DNA from: an uncultured virus (IMG/VR IMGVR_UViG_3300020048_000101)
Lineage: Duplodnaviria > Heunggongvirae > Uroviricota > Caudoviricetes
Virus record (IMG/VR): IMGVR_UViG_3300020048_000101
Location: 54,363 to 74,362 of that record
DNA length: 20,000 nt
Strand: one strand, 5' to 3'
Shown here: in pieces, positions 15,811-20,000 of the stretch
Layout of the letters: each line of letters begins with the position of its first letter
Position numbering within the stretch: the first letter of the stretch is position 1
Translations under genes and position numbers: made by a program
The notes under the pieces: generated by a model
What the model saw: the letters and a program-made list of their open reading frames with translations, nothing else
Told to the model about the DNA's origin: nothing
The model's database searches: none

Positions 15811-16214
15811 GAACTGCGAAAGAACTATACCCCTCTTATTGGGAAGAAGAAGAAAAGAACGGAAATTTCTATGGTCCTGGTAATTACCAACCAATCATTG
15901 ATGAACTTGGTAATGTCTTAGTTCAGGTGGATGATAATGACTACCAAGGGGATAGTAGAGTTTTATACGAAAAAGATGGTAAGTATGGTTACCTAATCTT
16001 TGGTTGGGGTAGTTGTTCAGGTTGTGATGGATTACAAGCCTGTGAAAACATAAAAGACATTCAATCATTAATGGATGGTATAGAATCCGATATTAAATGG
16101 TTTGATTCGTTGGAGGAACTTAAACAATACTTCAAAGACAAAGATTGGAAACTTGAGTTTAGTTGGCACGCGGATGAAACAAAAGAGTTTATTGATAAAG
16201 TAATTAATTATTAA
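15807..16214 (+). CDS. Conserved phage hypothetical protein (GWGSCSGCD motif)
   Basis: DYQGDS...GYLIFGWGSCSGCD. Confidence 0.8.
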   Translation: MRTAKELYPSYWEEEEKNGNFYGPGNYQPIIDELGNVLVQVDDNDYQGDSRVLYEKDGKYGYLIFGWGSCSGCDGLQACENIKDIQSLMDGIESDIKWFDSLEELKQYFKDKDWKLEFSWHADETKEFIDKVINY

Positions 16215-16221
16215 AAAAGAT

Positions 16222-16251
16222 GGGGATAATCAATAGTTATCCCTTTTTTTT
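16222..16251 (+). terminator. Intrinsic terminator
   Basis: GGGATAAT-CAATA-GTTATCCC followed by T8. Confidence 0.75.
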
Positions 16252-16253
16252 AT

Positions 16254-16261
16254 TATATTTG
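16254..16261 (+). promoter_or_regulatory. Bacteroidota-type -7 element TATATTTG
   Basis: TAnnTTTG match upstream of 16277. Confidence 0.6.
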
Positions 16262-16276
16262 ATAAAAATCTGAGAT

Positions 16277-16549
16277 ATGAGTATGACTAAAGGAATGATA
16301 TTGAATTACGGACAAGCAATGAAACTTGGAGCGATTGAGGACAAAATTGAGTTATACGTTAGAATCTTTTATCCTGACAAATCATTTGGTACTCCTAATA
16401 ATATTTTGGGTCGTGCAGGTCACGAGTTTTCTAAAACAACTTGGGGTAAACTTACTAAATTGGGTAAAACTGATGAGGGTTTACAACTATTGATTAATGA
16501 ATTCAATGTTGAATTATTAAATGTTAAAGTATCAAATGGAATTTTATGA
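16277..16549 (+). CDS. Hypothetical protein
   Basis: ORF track, 90 aa. Confidence 0.75.
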   Translation: MSMTKGMILNYGQAMKLGAIEDKIELYVRIFYPDKSFGTPNNILGRAGHEFSKTTWGKLTKLGKTDEGLQLLINEFNVELLNVKVSNGIL

Positions 16550-16558
16550 CTAACTAAC

Positions 16559-16565
16559 TATTTAT
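16559..16565 (+). promoter_or_regulatory. TATTTAT motif upstream of 16581
   Basis: Lies in the 31-nt intergenic gap. Confidence 0.5.
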
Positions 16566-16580
16566 AATTAAAATGGTATT

Positions 16581-17480
16581 ATGAAAAATAGTTATCGTAA
16601 AATTAGGCATATAGAACAATGTAATATTTTACTTGAACAAAGAACAAATGGTAAACTTGATATTTTCAAAACTCACGAGGATGTTAGAAAATTTCAGAAT
16701 TGGGTTATTAGTGTTAAAAAAGATAAAAACATTTTAGGGTCTGCAGGTGCTGATGCGGATTGGGGTCCTAGTACTAAAAATGCTTGGACTAAATATGGTA
16801 AAGAATATTTAAATAAAAATAATCCATCAAGTGATAAAACCCCAAAAAATTCTACTAGTCTTTTTGATACCGCAGTAAATTTCTTTAAAAAGTTTACTGA
16901 AGATAAATCACCATCGGCTAACTCTTCGTTATTGTTTGATGGGGATTCACTAATTTGGTTGTCAGATGGTTCTCAAATTAAAAGATGGGGTGCGACTAGT
17001 GGGGTTAATTTATTAAATGCTGAACCTAAACAATGGTTACAAGTAATTAAAAAACCTTTTACCACTACACAAGAATTACAAAAACTCCCAAATTTTGGGC
17101 CAGCACCTGAAGGTCAATATACTATTGGTAAATTACAAACAAGTCGTTTAGAAAAAACAAACCCTTTTATGGATTTTGTGAGGTATATTTTTGGGTCAAA
17201 TCAATCAGGTCACGATTGGAATACCAATACCGCAGGAACAAAAATTTCTTGGGGTAATTACAGGGCATCTCTTAACCCAAAATCAGGTACGAATACTTTT
17301 GGAAGGTCTAATTTTTATGTTCACGGAGGTGCTTTTCCAGCATCTCACGGTTGTATTGATTTAACTTCTGATATGGAAAGTTTTGCTAAATTTTATTCTG
17401 CTTGGTGTGCTAAATTTAAAAAAAATAGTATCCCTTTAACGATTAAATACAATAAAAGAATAATTGATAGAATTTTGTAA
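16581..17480 (+). CDS. Peptidoglycan-binding-like domain plus Tlde1/DUF2778-like L,D-transpeptidase-fold domain
   Basis: VRKFQNW...GADADWGPSTKNAW (PG_binding_1-like). GPAPEGQYTI...GRSNFYVHGG...SHGCI carries the His/Cys catalytic motif. Confidence 0.75.
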   Translation: MKNSYRKIRHIEQCNILLEQRTNGKLDIFKTHEDVRKFQNWVISVKKDKNILGSAGADADWGPSTKNAWTKYGKEYLNKNNPSSDKTPKNSTSLFDTAVNFFKKFTEDKSPSANSSLLFDGDSLIWLSDGSQIKRWGATSGVNLLNAEPKQWLQVIKKPFTTTQELQKLPNFGPAPEGQYTIGKLQTSRLEKTNPFMDFVRYIFGSNQSGHDWNTNTAGTKISWGNYRASLNPKSGTNTFGRSNFYVHGGAFPASHGCIDLTSDMESFAKFYSAWCAKFKKNSIPLTIKYNKRIIDRIL

Positions 17481-17509
17481 AAAAAAGTTTCAGAACAGAT
17501 TTTAATTAG

Positions 17510-17517
17510 TATATTTG
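17510..17517 (+). promoter_or_regulatory. Bacteroidota-type -7 element TATATTTG
   Basis: TAnnTTTG match upstream of the ATG at 17542. Confidence 0.6.
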
Positions 17518-17541
17518 TTAAACAAATTAAACTTTAAGATT

Positions 17542-18084
17542 ATGAAAAAGACAATTTTATTTATTTTATCAGTAGTAACGTTATTCGTTGTAATTTCTTC
17601 ATTCACATTAAAAAGTGATGACGATTTATTTGGTATTGCTAACCAAAAACTTGTTGAGTATAATATTAGAAAAAGTAATTATGTTATTCTAATTGATTAT
17701 ACTAAACCAATAACATCTGAAAGACTTTATGTTTTAAATATGAAGACAAATGAGATTGTGATTAAATCAACTGTTAGTCATTCATTTAAATCAGGGGTAT
17801 TATATCCGAGTGATTATAGTAATGTTAGTGGTAGTAATAAATCATCTAAAGGTGGGTTTATCGCTAAAGGAACTTATAACGGAGGATTCGGATACTCAAT
17901 GGTTATTAGAGGTTTGGATAAAGGGGTTAATGATAATGTTGAAAGTAGAAAAGTTATATTCCACTCGACTAAAAAAATGGTAACACCTTGGTCAAATGGT
18001 TGTTTCGCAACACCTGAAGATGTTAATCAAAAATTAATTGACTTAACTAAAAACGGAACATTTATTTATGTTATCTCAGAATAA
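17542..18084 (+). CDS. Exported murein L,D-transpeptidase catalytic domain protein (YkuD_2-like)
   Basis: Signal peptide; IDYTKP..ERLYV, VSH, SNVSGSNKSSKG, GLDKGVNDN and IFH...SNGCFA motifs. Start revised to 17542. Confidence 0.85.
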   Translation: MKKTILFILSVVTLFVVISSFTLKSDDDLFGIANQKLVEYNIRKSNYVILIDYTKPITSERLYVLNMKTNEIVIKSTVSHSFKSGVLYPSDYSNVSGSNKSSKGGFIAKGTYNGGFGYSMVIRGLDKGVNDNVESRKVIFHSTKKMVTPWSNGCFATPEDVNQKLIDLTKNGTFIYVISE

Positions 18085-18104
18085 AGAATTTCTTACTTAG
18101 TTTT

Positions 18105-18142
18105 TAAATATTACCCTTTTTTTTAAATAGGGTAATATTTAT
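18105..18142 (+). promoter_or_regulatory. 13-bp inverted repeat overlapping a TATTTAT motif
   Basis: TAAATATTACCCT (18105-18117) / AGGGTAATATTTA (18129-18141). TATTTAT at 18136-18142, 4 nt before the ATG. Confidence 0.6.
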
Positions 18143-18146
18143 TTAT

Positions 18147-18938
18147 ATGAATTTACGAGAAGAAATCAATAGGATTCAATCAATGATGGGTATTATTACC
18201 GAATCTGTCAGTTTACCTATTAAATTAAGTGGTAGTTATCGAGCACCAAAAGGTGATGGAGATGCTCTACATTCATTTGAAAGAAGAAAATCAGACCATT
18301 TTGGTGGATATATGTTATCAGGTGGACCTGTACCATCAAACTTTAGTTCAAGAGTTAAATTAGACCAAGGAAAGGGTATTAATGAAGTATTACTTGAATT
18401 AGTTAAGAAAGGTATAAACCCTGACGTTAAAAGTATTTCAATTAATGTTAATGATGATTACTCGGTAGATTGGGAAGCAATCATTGATGAAAGTACTGAT
18501 GGTAAAGCGTACGTTGGTGTTATGAGTAGAGGTTCATCAGGTGGTGGAGCTGATAGTCGTGCTCAAGGACAATTATCGGGATTAAAATCTGGTAACCCCA
18601 AGTTTTGTAATTGGAAAGTGATATTAGATTTGGATGTGACAAAACCAATCAAAATCAGACAATACTTTTTAAAATATACTATGTGTAATCCTGATGAATT
18701 ACCAAACGATATTGAGGTTAATAGTGGTGACTTATCAAAAAAACTTGAAGAGTTTAAAACGTGGGAACCTGGGGAATATAGAATACCTGGTGATGAACAA
18801 TGGTCATATAAATTAACAGATGATAATGAATGGGAGACTAAAAAAGATGGTGGGAATTATATTTCATTAAAATCTGCTTTGAGTGATAATAATTACATTC
18901 AAGCCTTAAACACGTTAAAGACCGCAAAAAAAGTATAA
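18147..18938 (+). CDS. Hypothetical protein with MNLREEINRI...IITE leader
   Basis: ORF track; leader shared with the downstream genes. Confidence 0.8.
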   Translation: MNLREEINRIQSMMGIITESVSLPIKLSGSYRAPKGDGDALHSFERRKSDHFGGYMLSGGPVPSNFSSRVKLDQGKGINEVLLELVKKGINPDVKSISINVNDDYSVDWEAIIDESTDGKAYVGVMSRGSSGGGADSRAQGQLSGLKSGNPKFCNWKVILDLDVTKPIKIRQYFLKYTMCNPDELPNDIEVNSGDLSKKLEEFKTWEPGEYRIPGDEQWSYKLTDDNEWETKKDGGNYISLKSALSDNNYIQALNTLKTAKKV

Positions 18939-18943
18939 CTAAT

Positions 18944-19348
18944 ATGAACTTACAAGAAAACATACTTAGGATTAAAACGGTGATGGGGTTGTATGAACAA
19001 ACGTCAGAAATAAAGGCTAAGGCGTCAGTTGAAGGATTAATTAATTTCTTTGATGGTCCAAATCAAAAAGTATATAGATATAAACTAACTGCGAAAGTGA
19101 GTGATAAAAATTCTATAGATATATTTGTTAAATCTTTAGATGATACTACGGGTGATTTGACATTTCTTAATCCTCAAACAGATGTGGAAGAAACTCAACA
19201 AATACCTGTTGACCAATTATTTAAAATTAAGGAAGATGTTCCAAAAAAACGAGACATTAATAATATATTTAGTTTTAAAAAATTTACAAAAACAATTGAG
19301 ATTAATCTAGTTTTTGTTGAGGAAAAAAGAATACAAATTATTAAATAA
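18944..19348 (+). CDS. Hypothetical protein with MNLQENILRI...LYE leader
   Basis: ORF track. Confidence 0.8.
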   Translation: MNLQENILRIKTVMGLYEQTSEIKAKASVEGLINFFDGPNQKVYRYKLTAKVSDKNSIDIFVKSLDDTTGDLTFLNPQTDVEETQQIPVDQLFKIKEDVPKKRDINNIFSFKKFTKTIEINLVFVEEKRIQIIK

Positions 19349-19349
19349 T

Positions 19350-19946
19350 ATGAACATACAAGAATCCATAAGAAGAATATTAAAGGAAGAAACTCAAAAC
19401 CTTAATGAATTTATTTCGGAACTATCCGAAACATTTGAAATGTCGGACGAATTAAATCAATTTGTTAAAAAGTTTATAAGCGAATCGGATTGTAACAAAA
19501 TCGAATTTTCAAATTTCAAAATTGGAGCTCTTGGGATAGCATTACATAATTTTGTTTTAATTAATAAAAATGTTCTTAAAACAAATTTAGAACATACTTT
19601 ATTCGTCATATTTCACGAAATCGCTCATCAGTACCAATTCAAAAAGTACGGTGAAGATGTAATGTATAATTGTTATCTTGGGGAAATCTCAAATAACGAT
19701 GCTGCCAAATTTATGAAATCAACTGAAGAAGTTGCTGATGAGTACGCTATTAGAAAAATAAAACAATTACAAAAAATGGATTTAATAAGTAAAAATTATA
19801 ATCCACCACAAATGTACAAAAATGTGTCACTAGAGATGATTGGTAATATGGTGTCAGGATTTAGAAATGAAATGAAAAGTAAGAATATTGATTCACCACA
19901 AAAAATTAGTGAATACTTCTATAATATGGTAAAAAAAGAATTATAA
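19350..19946 (+). CDS. Putative zincin metallopeptidase with MNIQESIRRILKEE leader
   Basis: FHEIAHQ (HExxH) and downstream EEVADEYA. Start revised to the ATG at 19350. Confidence 0.75.
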   Translation: MNIQESIRRILKEETQNLNEFISELSETFEMSDELNQFVKKFISESDCNKIEFSNFKIGALGIALHNFVLINKNVLKTNLEHTLFVIFHEIAHQYQFKKYGEDVMYNCYLGEISNNDAAKFMKSTEEVADEYAIRKIKQLQKMDLISKNYNPPQMYKNVSLEMIGNMVSGFRNEMKSKNIDSPQKISEYFYNMVKKEL

Positions 19947-20000
19947 TGAACCGACAAGAAAACATAAAAAGAGTATTAATCAAGAAAATAATAAAAGAAG
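19946..20000 (+). CDS. Partial CDS with MNRQENIKRVL leader
   Basis: TAATG overlap; runs off the window edge. Confidence 0.65.
   Translation, partial: MNRQENIKRVLIKKIIKE

Noticed and set aside
1..20000. Stop-codon reassignment as seen in some large phages
   Set aside because: TAA, TAG and TGA all end genes that are closely followed by new starts, and coding density is already high under code 11.
1..20000. tRNA genes, integrase, transposase or reverse transcriptase
   Set aside because: No cloverleaf or catalytic motifs recognised by eye; a tRNAscan or HMM search would be needed to exclude them fully.

Overview
AT-rich (roughly 30% GC by eye), gene-dense window of about 45 mostly short, mostly + strand ORFs. 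Stop/start overlaps are common and there are no obvious Shine-Dalgarno sites. It looks like the accessory region of a large dsDNA (jumbo-type) phage infecting Bacteroidota; this is an inference, since no capsid, terminase or polymerase gene lies in the window. Recognisable genes: a GT2 glycosyltransferase coupled to a PlcP/LpxH-like metallophosphoesterase, three HAD proteins, a CobB-like sirtuin, a 3D-domain protein, two adjacent L,D-transpeptidase-fold proteins (Tlde1/DUF2778-like and YkuD_2-like), an HExxH metalloprotease and several lipoproteins. Most notable structure: (1) an in-frame array of four near-identical 28-bp repeats with unrelated 38-bp spacers inside a gene (15510-15735), with a degenerate related pair at 8476-8564; (2) two upstream motif classes, the host-type TAnnTTTG and a TATTTAT motif; (3) ten unrelated proteins, in TATTTAT-led units, sharing an N-terminal leader ending in (I/L)-x-E, suggesting virion-packaged cargo; (4) a structured intergenic RNA candidate at 14855-14975.
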